From Octopus sinensis (taxonomy: Eukaryota), in the NCBI RefSeq assembly GCF_006345805.1, contig NC_043002.1, forward strand, positions 14,756,001 through 14,820,000: DNA of 64,000 nt, read 5' to 3'. Every line of letters begins with the position of its first letter. Position 1 is the first letter of the stretch. Both the position numbers and the translations under genes were made by a program. Under the pieces are notes generated by a model. It had not been told where the DNA came from and made no database searches. It saw only the letters and a program-made list of their open reading frames with translations. Shown one piece after another: positions 28,428-39,432 of the stretch.

Positions 28428-28625
28428 TAATAATAAAAATAATAATAATAATAACAACATCGAAGAATTCCTTAGGAATGAGAACCCAGGTTCGAAATTT
28501 TCTCAAGACACCTGACGAAGACTGGAGGGTATATCAGGCGAAACGTTGTGTTAAGAACAAACAAAATGACGACAAATAACTGTCAAATGTAAATAATACA
28601 AATAATGTAAATAATGTACATAATT
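28236..28625 (+). mobile_element. tRNA-headed, (AAT)n-containing, HHR-tailed SINE-like element with 5' inverted duplication
   Basis: Head GGTTAAGGGCGCGGGCTACTAAC..GAGTTCGATTCC; 45-bp inverted copy at 28236-28280; (AAT)n at 28338-28456; HHR in tail. Confidence 0.7.
28507..28552 (+). ncRNA. Minimal type I hammerhead-like motif
   Basis: GACAC-CTGACGA-A-GACTG(GAGGGTATAT)CAGGC-GAAA-CG-T-T-GTGTT; one mismatch in stem II; palindromic AACGTT at stem III. Confidence 0.65.
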
Positions 28626-29099
28626 CCTCATTTCTTAAATATAGAACTGAACATGGATGAAATCCCATTTTGGAAGTATGTTGAAGTTTCTATTATTTTG
28701 AAATGAAGAACGCAAACATAGGTGCTGAGCCGGTGACTAAATTTGTAGTATTTTGTTGGAATTAATCGAATGAATTAGAGTAAGATAATTGCTTTAATCA
28801 GAATCGCTTACCTTTCAAGCTAAAACATATTCCGACGTCTACGACAGGTATGCCAAATGTATTTTGTATACTTCTTTCTCTCTTCATTCAGATAAACTGT
28901 AGAAATTTTTGCGCCCGCACGCACCCACAAACACAAAAATCCTCCGGATATTTAGCTGTTATTTTTAGTATATCGAGTTTCATGGTGAGGGCTGCACATG
29001 CTGTAGTCCTTTTGCTCTTTCATTATAAATCTATGAATGCCGAAACGGACAGAACAGCCCTTTGTTTTCACTTTTAGACAGCGGGATGGGATGTGGATC

Positions 29100-30868
29100 A
29101 ATTTTGGTGTTTCTCAGACTGGACAGGACGGGTGTCCAACATACAAAAGACGCAAGACAGGTGACGGTGGATTCTATTTCACTCTTCGGCGACAGGAGTC
29201 CAGTTATCGTAGACAATAGGTGGATCGTCCCATATAGTCCTCTATTGCTACAAGTCTTCAAGGTACACATTAACGTGGGATTTTGCAAGCATTCACTCCA
29301 TCAAGTATGTATGCAAATATATAAACAAAGGTTCCCACATGGTTGGGTTTGGCCTTTCAGATGGTGATAGGGCCAATGAGGTACACTAATATCTAATGGG
29401 CCGCTATGTAAGCAGTAATGCAGCCGCTCGGGGACTCCTTCATTTCCCCATCCATGACAGATATCCCGCTGTTGTCCACCTATCTGTTCCTTTAGAAAAT
29501 GGGCAAAGAGTTTAGTTTGATCCATTGACTCCCGAAAGATTTAGAGGACAAATATATGCGCCAAAGACGACGACTCTTAATGTATTCTTTGGCTTGTGTA
29601 GATGTGATGCATTATCCGCGACCATCTTCTACTCAGACGTACCGACATATTACACCTGGAATAACCATGTTAAGAAGTGGGAGAGGAGAAATCTTGGTGT
29701 AACCCTCGAAAGGCATCCACAAATAAAAATGAAATCTCTAGGTCGAGTTTATATGCTCCATCCCCAAAACATCGAATGCTACTGTCTCCGGTTACTCCTC
29801 TACAAAATTCCTGGACTTTCAAATAGTAGACTTCTTGATTTGCGAAATATTTCTACAAGCCTACCAAGTACGAGGTCTTCTCGAAGATTGCGGTCAGTGG
29901 AGTTTAGCTCTTACTGACGCAGCAACCGCATGCAAGGCTTACCAACTAAGAAGAATCCTTGCCATCATGTTGCACCATTTGATTTACCGAATCCACAACA
30001 ACTTTGGTAAAACCACAAAGACAACCTATCTCATGACATACTTCATGAAACTCGACGATTGAATGGTTGTTATATACTACCATCGGCGAACATAACATAC
30101 TACTGTTGACTATCCAATGGAATTTCTCAACTCTCTACAACCTAAACACTGCCACTGCAAAAGTTGTTCCTTGAGGAATTTGAACCCACAACGAATATGC
30201 AATGTTACAAGTTTGATTATAACTACAACGAAAAGTCATGTCCTAAAAGCAACCAATATTGCCGGCTGTCATCGAGGAAAGATCGCATACATGCACGCCT
30301 CTGGCTCCCAGTGCAATTGTACTTCGTTATGGCAATCAACAAAGCCCAGGGTCAAACTTAAAAAATTGTGGGTCTCAATTTACAATATGTCGCATGCTTT
30401 CAAGTTAGCATTGCAGATGACTTGTAGATGTATTCTACCAACACTGGACTTTCGCAGAACATTGTTTCCCCAGAAGCTTTGTCGGCTTCACTTAACGTAT
30501 GTTGAAGTGTGCAGTCCGCTCAAACGTTACAGAGATGTTGCTTTTCACAATGAGGCACCTTCCTTTCCCTGTACCTTACTTTCTGCCATACGGATACCTT
30601 TACGTTCCCATTAGTGATCCAATTTTTTAAATCTGTAAGTCTAGGTCATTTTCAATTTTTTTTTAAGGATTCCATCCTAATCTAAACTGCTATTCTACGT
30701 TTTTCGTGACAATTTCAGCATTGTTCATCAAAAAATGACCGTGAAACATGTTTATAAAAAAAGATTTTTGCTTCTCGCTCCTAGTGCGCCGATTCCACAC
30801 ATAAGAAACAAACAAGACAATGCGGCTATAGGTTCTAATATCCGGGCAACGCCGGGAAACATTTCTAG
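29100..30868 (+). mobile_element. Helitron, internally deleted and decayed (Rep plus PIF1-helicase C-terminus)
   Basis: QTGQDGCPTYKRRK, DNRWIVPYSPLL..HINV, KYVCKYINKGS, LGRVY..ECYCLRLLL, LRNLNPQRICN, MAINKAQGQT; 3' hairpin CCGG-GCAACG-CCGG then CTAG|T. Confidence 0.93.
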
Positions 30869-30874
30869 TGTCTG

Positions 30875-30920
<46 letters not shown>

Positions 30921-30986
30921 GGTCCCGGGTTGATTCGGGGTTAACCACAGTAAGTAAGGTACTCAATACATAGCAGAGTAAAATTA

Positions 30987-31110
30987 ATTTATTATATAGA
31001 AGGAGCTTCTACAGGACTAGTACTGTTTCATACAAGAGAAATCTTCAGGAAGCTCTGAAGATTTCTCTTGAATGAAACAGTACTAGTCCTGTAGAAGCTC
31101 CTTCTATATA

Positions 31111-31116
<6 letters not shown>
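30987..31116. repeat. 62-bp near-perfect palindrome built from an HHR-bearing PLE-type repeat
   Basis: Arms 30987-31048 and 31055-31116 with one mismatch; 6-nt spacer GAAGCT. Confidence 0.92.
31004..31054 (-). ncRNA. Type I hammerhead-like motif
   Basis: AGCTTC-CTGAAGA-TTTCTCTTGTAT-GAA-ACAG(TACTAGTC)CTGT-A-GAAGCT; 6-bp stem I, 4-bp stem III, weak stem II. Confidence 0.65.
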
Positions 31117-31168
<52 letters not shown>

Positions 31169-31323
31169 GAATATAAATATAGGTATGTATGTACAGGTTC
31201 GGTGATTATGCGAATGAGGAGTCCAACGTAGGTCATATATCAGCATGTACATATATAAAAGAAATTCAGAACGAGATAAAAATCCAAGGCTGTGAATGAT
31301 TTCAGAACATTAATAAATAGAAG

Positions 31324-31371
31324 ACCTTACAGCTGTTTCTGGAATATTTTATATATCACCTCATCGGAGAC
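31324..31371 (-). ncRNA. Degenerate hammerhead-like motif (CCGAUGA core)
   Basis: GTCT-CCGATGA-GG..ATAT..ATAT..CC-A-GAAA-CAGCTG-T-A-AGGT; palindromic CAGCTG. Confidence 0.45.
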
Positions 31372-31880
31372 GGTGAAAGAAGATGGTTAAGCAATAATTA
31401 TTCGAGATCAGATATGAAATAGAGAGTAAAGTGGAAGAATGAAAATAGACGTGAGATATGCAGGGATATAGTATGTATGTATGTATGTATGTATGTATGT
31501 ATGTAGGTATGTATGTATGTATGTATGTGTGTATGTATGTATGTATCTATCTATCTATCTATCAATCTATCTATCTATTTATCTATCTTTCTATCTGTAT
31601 ATATATAATTAATGTAAACAGCAGGTTACAATGTTTCACCAATAAGGAGAATTATAATTGTCACTAAATCTTTTATTTCTAGCAATGTAGCTGGGTTTTT
31701 TTACACCCTTGCAACTTTGAATGACAAGAATAATTGTCAGTTTCGGAAAAAAATTGCAAACTGCTGCATCTATGAATTCTGTATATACACAGTGGATCGC
31801 TAAATCATCCTTTAATTTGGATGAGGAAAATGTATTTGATAATACAGAGACAGGTACGAAAATTACTGAACACTGAACTA

Positions 31881-31930
31881 GATAACCTGATGAAGGCCAC
31901 GGAAATTGCCGAAACTGACGTGTCAGTCTT
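31881..31930 (+). ncRNA. Hammerhead-like motif with full stem III
   Basis: CTGATGA-A-GGC(CACGGAAATT)GCC-GAA-ACTGAC(GT)GTCAGT-C; GUC triplet; stem I imperfect. Confidence 0.55.
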
Positions 31931-32919
31931 AAGAATTCTCGGCCGGTATTTTTCGGACAAATATGGTTCATGTTGATATATATGCTTTCATTCATGTGCT
32001 CGTATACACACTCTCACACACGCACACACACAGACACACACCACACACACATACACACACACAGAGAAAGTGTAATGGATAGATAAACGGACGGGCGGAC
32101 GATTTGATACATAACAATGATTTCAAATTCGCACTTTTGTTTGGACTTCAATATATGATTTTCTACATGTCTGCATTTCGAATGGGCGCCTAAGATAAAT
32201 TACAAACGAATTAAAATATAACAAAAGTATTGTTGTCTAATCTATTTTCTTCACAAATGACACATTCGAAGAATCCTCGTAAGCAATTTCAAGCCAAGCC
32301 AAAACTCTCAGTAAGAGATGAAAAAATTCCCTGAATATAGACAAAATCAAACTAGGCATATATTATACATTCAACCGTCACTGTTTTGTTTATATTACTG
32401 CAGATGTATCAAACATAAAGAATATCGCAGTTTATTTATTCTCAATATATAATCATATACATTACACGGCACATGTTCAAAACTTCAAAATTTATTTCAG
32501 ATGGCGCCTGTTGTCTTGACAACGTTCGAATATGAAAGTTGAACGTTTAGACTTAAGGTATTTGTTGTTGAATTCGAGAAACAAAAGAAACAAATACATC
32601 AAAGTAAAATTGATTTTCCGCAGTAACCTATGTTTACATGCCTCATATTTTCTCATTTTTACAGGTTCTGAATTCTTTCGTTTCTTTCTAGGTTATTTTT
32701 GTCATGCATTGATTCCTTATTCGTTTTCGAATGTAGAAACGTCTAGAATTATGTATACATAAATACATAAGTAAATGCGTAAATATTTATGTTATGCAGG
32801 ATTTATGTAAAGAGAAACTTTAGAAAGAAGACGTGTCAATATGAGTCACACATCGTATCTTTTTTCTGCTTAAACATATTTCAATGTATACATATGATAT
32901 GTAAATGCATGTGTATGTA

Positions 32920-32992
<73 letters not shown>

Positions 32993-33279
32993 GAAAGAAT
33001 ATTTATGTAATATTTTGTGCCCAATATTTTAAGGAACTTGTTAAACATTTTTTATGTCCTTAACATGTCCTTGTTACCAAAGACTGTATATATGTAATGT
33101 AGCATTTTGCAACAACCAGTAATTAACGCAACCAAACTTCTACATGTTACATTTGATAATATTTTTCCAAAGAGCAAAACCGGTAAAGTAAATAAACATC
33201 TTTTAAAATTGCATCTTCAAACATTCTTTCGTATATAATTCCATTCGTGCGGTACCCCACAACTCCACTTTGTTATTTG

Positions 33280-33338
<59 letters not shown>

Positions 33339-33429
33339 CATACATACATACGCATATACATGCACATATATTTCTTTTCTTTTGGGTCCCTCAAAAGATG
33401 TTTAATAAATATACCTAAGGGAAGTGGAG

Positions 33430-33517
<88 letters not shown>

Positions 33518-33900
33518 ATACTCATGTATACACATAGATATGGAGAAAGTGTAATGAATAGATAAACGGAAGGGCGTTTTGATACTTAACAATGCTTTCA
33601 AATTCGCACTTTTGTGCGACACATCACGAACCATTCACATTCTCTCCATATTTCCGTGATTCTTTGCGATTACCACGGGCAGTCTCCAATTTCTATTTAC
33701 CATCTAAAAAAATGTTTAACCCAATATCTCATCTACAGGATTATCTCCTTCATTTTTCAACACATAAAAACGATAGATTTATAAAGATTAAAAAAAGGGA
33801 AAAAACTACATGAAATTTGTAGTATATTGTTAAAAGTTATATTAAAATCGTCATGTTAGGAAAATGATATAAAATTTTGTGTATAGCGACATTCTTTTGG

Positions 33901-33939
33901 GAGAAATAACCGGTTTCGCATTTTCTTTTCAAATTTCTC
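33901..33939 (-). ncRNA. Minimal type I hammerhead-like motif, U3-A8 core variant
   Basis: GAGAAAT-TTGAAAA-GAAAATGC-GAAA-CCGG-T-T-ATTTCTC; perfect 7-bp stem I; stem II reduced to one G-C pair. Confidence 0.6.
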
Positions 33940-35534
33940 ATCCCCAATTATTCTCCCACGCAAATTCCAAATCAAAATACTACCAAATGAAAATGACGGT
34001 CAGAGGGTTATTAGGAAAAGGTTAGCATTCTTCCATCTAAAATCAGAGATCGAACTACTACGACTTAGAACTTCCACTAACGAAGAAAAATATAGATACA
34101 TTGACCAGGAGATGCACAGGGAAATAAACTGAGGGACTACCCTCGAAAACGCCATAAATCTTTGGAAAAAAGCTTCCGAAGACGAATAATTAAATTCTCT
34201 CGAGCGCTGGGAAAAGAGCAATGGTTTCTTCCAAGGGTATGAATCAACCTTTAAAAAATAATTCAGTACAGATAATCCATTTCAAAAGAAAAAATATAAA
34301 TAACAAACAATTTTAACTACTTATCCAACAACAAACCCACTCGTTATCCTCCATACATCATAAATAGAAATCCCCAACCACTACCACTTTTTAACCACCC
34401 TAAACTAAACAACAAACAAACTGACAGCTAACGCATCTATAAAATAGATTACTCCAAATCTAAAGATAACCCTTATAACAGGAATAGGACACACCATCAA
34501 CGTCCTAATACCAAGAACAACCACCCCATAACAACACAAAACAACACTAGGATAAGAAACACCACATACCAGATGCTACTACCCCATTACCCGAAACTAC
34601 TGTTCCCCACCGAACACCAGAACAGAACAAAATAAAAACTAGGTCAAGAAACACTCCGTATACAAGAAATTTCATACATGTCGTATACAGAAATGTTACG
34701 CTCATCATTAACCAAAATGCCCAGAGACAGCCACACACGCAAAAATATAAGGCAACAGTAGCGCCACTCTCCCGGGCCACTACCATACAAGCTCACAGAG
34801 AGCTAACACAAGGAAAATTGCGACCACCATTTTTTATCCCCAGACCAGAGACACCAGGAAATTGATTGGAATCTGGGGATAACGAAAAACCGAAGATAAT
34901 TAACTTCTCAACTAAAACTCTTTCAAGCACAAATATAGACATTCTCTCAAAAGGGTTAAAATTCACCCCCAACACCACGCAGAGCAAACCAAAATGAAGT
35001 GAAGGACAGTGCAATAGAATTCAGTAGAAAATTAAGATTCACAGAAACATTAACCAATTACAATACTGAAGATGACTCACTAGTCAAAACAAAAGTGAAC
35101 ACATCCCCCAAAATGAAGAATTTAAAATCTTGACGAATTCTGCTAGAACATTGATAACTTTCTCTACCACGCCATGCATAAACAGAAAATTACCTCAAAC
35201 TTTAGCACTGTACAATGGAAGGACATAACAGAACTTGAAAATAATGAAGCTATAACGATTAAGAAAGCAGACAAAGGAGCTGCTGTGGTAGTAACGGACA
35301 CATTATTCTATAAAATCTAGTAATCTCCATGCTTAATGAAAGTCAATATTACAAATAATTCACGAAATAGGCGCAGGAGTGGCTGTGTGGTAAGTAGCTT
35401 GCTAACAAACCACATGGTTCTGGGTTCAGTCCCACTGCGTGGCATCTTGGGCAAGTGTCTTCTGCTATAGCCCCGGGCCGACCAATGCCTTGTGAGTGGA
35501 TTTGGTAGACGGAAACTGAAAGAAGCTTGTCGTA

Positions 35535-35573
<39 letters not shown>

Positions 35574-36112
35574 GTGTGTGTGTGTGTTTGTGTGTCCCCC
35601 TAGCATTGCTTGACAACCGATGCTGGTGTGTTTACGTCCCCGTCACTTAGCGGTTCGGCAAAAAAGAGACCGATAGAATAAGTACTGGGCTTACAAAGAA
35701 TAAGTCCCGTTGTCGATTTGCTCGACTAAAGGTGGTGCTCTAGCATGGCCGCAGTCAAATGACTGAAACAAGTAAAAGAGAGTAAAAGAGAGAACTATAC
35801 CCGCCAAAAAATAATGCAAAACCTATCCTCACTAATTAAAGCCTATGGAAAAAAAACTGACAACAAAAGAAATTGAGTAATTAACAAACTGTAAGTGCAA
35901 ACCTAGCCTATTGTACGGTCTACCAAAAATCCGAAAAAGCCCGATTATAAATAAGACCATAAAGAAATCTCGAGAGACATACACCAAACCCAGGGGAGCT
36001 AAAACTGAGACCCATTATTGTTAGCCCAGCCTTTGAAACACATAGACTAAGTCTATTTATGGACATTCTCCTGAAACCCTTCCTTAAACACATCAATAGT
36101 TATATATCAGAG
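33940..36112 (+). mobile_element. Penelope-like retroelement ORF fragment (N-terminus plus RT), decayed, interrupted by a SINE and cut off by a Helitron
   Basis: PRKFQIKILPNE..IRKRL; KIINFSTKTLS..ILSKGLKFTP; EFSRKLRF; ITIKKADKGAAVVV; LLYGLPKIRK; LRPIIVS..HRLSLFMDILLKP..SYI. Confidence 0.9.
35370..35792 (+). mobile_element. SINE family B, full length, inserted in the Penelope RT
   Basis: Complete head GGCGCAGGAGTGGCTGTGTGG and tail (GTAAAAGAGA)2; RT motifs resume after it. Confidence 0.92.
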
Positions 36113-36113
36113 A

Positions 36114-36271
36114 CTAGCACTATAACCCGGTTTTGCCCGGGTTTAAGATAGGATTATTTAGCTAATCAAGTTCTTGAAACCAAACTAAGTAACATCGACG
36201 TCAAATTTGGGTGAAATTCTGCAGCGGACACGACAAGGGAAGATTTATAAACCTCCACCTTACGTATATAT
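36114..36271 (-). mobile_element. Non-autonomous Helitron
   Basis: Minus-strand 3' end CCCGG-GCAAAA-CCGGG-TTATAGTG-CTAG|T. Confidence 0.7.
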
Positions 36272-36912
36272 CATAACATTTTTGTTATAATTCATGACGG
36301 AATTGATTTGACTCTTGTTGATGCACAGTGAACAGGGCTTACCTTGCTTGTGACTGTCTTTCAGATAGAGCATTCAGAAAATTCAATGGTATGAGGTAAA
36401 ACAAAATAGCAGTTGTTCGACAGAACTTGTTGAACATTTTTCATCAAGCGGTTGCAAATTTCGAGGAAGAGCAGAAAGAGCACATTCTCAAAAAAAAATA
36501 ATAAAAAAAATAAAAAAAAAACAGATCAAAAATACTTTCAGTCTTCAAAATGCATGAGGACAAATATGTTGAATTACTAATATCACGCCCTGGAGGAACG
36601 AATAAAATGTAAGGTAAATTTCATTACATTTACACAAAGCTGTTCCGCTAAATATACTTTATTCTTTTTTCATGTTTTATTTTCTCGTTTTCCTTGTTTT
36701 TCTTTTTACCACTTACAGAACTGAAACCTTTTGATGCCATTCTATCAACATAGGAACGCATGATTTCCTCCTTTATACTTTGAATTTGTGTGTTTCTGCA
36801 GTCGTTTTCATTTAACATTTTGCACTTAAAAATGACAGAGGATCTATCGAAATGTAGTTCAAACCGTTGAATTAGGAATCTATTACAAATCGTATCGCCC
36901 CTTCTTATTGCC

Positions 36913-37440
36913 TAATAATGATGAAGATGATGCCCTGATGCAGTACCAGGCAGTGGCTCTCGTGACTTCCGATCTTAACTGATTGGAAGTGTTATCATGT
37001 ACATTGTTTTGTCTTGGTATAAAAGATGGGCTACAGCAAATATTCTGCCCAATACCACAGATTTGCTTGTCACTTGTTTGACCATAACGAGTTGACCATA
37101 TCCTTTAGTGGCTGACGATATGCGCATCTCTGATCAAGAGCAGAAGTAGTGGGGGAGCATCATAGCCATGTGTTAAGAGGGATTCTTTGGGGATTGAATA
37201 ATTCCCTTCTGGAAACACGGGTTTTTCGTTCAACATCCTTAAACAACTCATGTTCAGGGACCTTTTGAATGGGATGGGCTACTCGACAAGAAGAGAATTC
37301 TACCTGGGCCCCACCTGCAAGGTCATGTGCTGTTTATCTTGATATGAGACCATCATGTCGCGCACATATGGTTGTGATGCATGTGCCTGGTGTACCCTTA
37401 TCAGACGGGTAGTTATGATGAGTATACTGGGCTTCGTATA
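36913..37440 (-). mobile_element. Probable non-autonomous retroposon with (CAT)n/(TAT)n tail
   Basis: Sharp-bounded GC-richer block with no ORF and a trinucleotide tail at the minus-strand 3' end; resembles a common octopus repeat (recall only). Confidence 0.5.
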
Positions 37441-37859
37441 ATAATCCTAGTTATTAACTCACAAGTCCTGAGACTTGGTTGGAGGAGACAAGTCGAATAC
37501 ATTGACCTCAGTGATTCACTGATACTTTATTTATCACTCCCGACAGCAGATGACTCCGCCGACATTAGACCGGCGCCGTCAAAGTCATTTCGCCTACGGC
37601 TATCCTGTCAACTACGAGATGAACTGTGGTGGGCAGTAGCGTTGCCGACGGAATTAACACTGTGGGACGGTGGCTGAAGCCAAAGTCCCACCCGACTTGT
37701 TTCGAAGAGATCGCGCGAGAAAGGATCGCTTGCATACGTCTGAACATGCCATTCGGTGTCACGTGCTTCGCGGAGCAGCTACGGCACTACGATCTATTGG
37801 GTCTCTTGTTGCAAACGATAAGATCCGACCTATCGAGGAATAATAATAGAAATAAAGTA

Positions 37860-38020
37860 GGCATAGGCGTGGTTATGCAGTAAGATGCTTGCTTCCCAAC
37901 CTCATGGTTCGGGGTTCATTCCCACCGCGTAGCAGCCTGAGCAAATGTCTTAGACTATAAACGTGGACCATCCGAATCTTTGTGAGTGGATTTGGTAGGC
38001 AGAAACTGATAGAAGCCCGT

Positions 38021-38091
<71 letters not shown>

Positions 38092-38382
38092 GTATGAATG
38101 AATGCATGTGTGCATGTATATATGTAGGTATGTATATCTCGGTGTGAGTGCGTCTTTGCCTCTGTTTTTGTATCCTCACCATCACTTGCCGACCGATGTT
38201 GGTGTGTTTACGTCCCCGTAACTTAGCAGATCTGCAAAAGTACTTATTCTATCGGTCTCAAAAAGGACCGATAGAATAAGTACTTGGCTTAGAAAAAATA
38301 AGTCCGGGGTCGATTTTCACGACTAAAAATCCTTTTAAGGCGGTGCTCCTGCATGGCCGCAAATGACTAAAAGATTTAAAGA
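37860..38382 (+). mobile_element. SINE family B, diverged
   Basis: Head, internal microsatellite and tail motifs as in other copies. Confidence 0.85.
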
Positions 38383-38949
38383 ATATGCAGAGAGAAAGAG
38401 AGAGAAATAATGAAAAGGGGTCAGGCTTTTATGACTTTAAAATGTGAATGATTCGCTAACTGCATTCGTTTAATTGTGCTGATGGAGTCATTTCAAAAAT
38501 TTATTGTTGCAATTTCTTCGTAAATTTTTGCGAAAGTTTTCAATGTGTTTATATTTACAGCACGCATCACAATAGATAATAAATATCAGAAATATTTTGG
38601 TCTGAATGTTTTATGCTTTCTGTTATTTTCATAATATCATATCGGAAAGAAAATCTCGTATATTAGGATTTAATGCTGCTTGCAACAAATCATCTACCGC
38701 AAAAGCATCCGCCATTGATTTGCCGTGCATGTATGTCTATGCACATTCATGTCCCAAAGTCTTTTGACTGTGGTCATGCTGGAGCACTGCCTTTAGTCCA
38801 GCAAATCGAATCCAGGACTTATTCTGTGTAAGCATAGTACTTATTCTATCGGTCTCTTTTGCCGAACCACTTAGTTACGGGTACGTAAACACACCAGCAT
38901 CGGTTGTCAAGCGATGTTGTTGGGACAAACACACAAACACATACACACG

Positions 38950-39025
<76 letters not shown>

Positions 39026-39126
39026 ATATATAGTTAATCCAAACAAGAAAGCAAAAAAACAACAACGCAAGGACGTGGAACAAATAAAGTATTATTGGAC
39101 GCTCAGGAAGAAGGGAAGAAGGAGGA

Positions 39127-39159
39127 TTTAACGTTTCGAGCGGAGCTCTTCGTTGGAAA
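39127..39159 (-). ncRNA. Degenerate hammerhead-like motif in a small PLE-type repeat (39032-39225)
   Basis: TTT-CCAACGA-A-GAGC(TCC)GCTC-GAAA-CG-T-T-AAA; G5 is mutated, so probably inactive. Confidence 0.45.
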
Positions 39160-39226
39160 CATAGGAGAAGGAAAGATCCCGAGAAGGGAAAACAGAGGGA
39201 AAAAATCGACAGTGGTACTCACGAGG

Positions 39227-39293
<67 letters not shown>

Positions 39294-39432
39294 GACGGGC
39301 TTCTTTCAGTTTCGTCAACCAATTCCATTCACAAGGCTTTCGTTGGCCCGGGGCTATAGTAGAAGACACTTGCCCAAGGTGCCACACAGTAGGACTGGAC
39401 ACGGAACCATGTGGTTCGTAAGCAAGCTACTT

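Noticed and set aside
34300-34790. C/A-rich tract resembling a mitochondrial insertion
   Set aside because: Lies between Penelope ORF motifs in the same orientation; no mitochondrial gene motif
35067-35092. CTGAAGA-TGAC..GTCA-AAAC hammerhead-like string
   Set aside because: G12 is absent, no stem I, and it lies inside RT coding sequence
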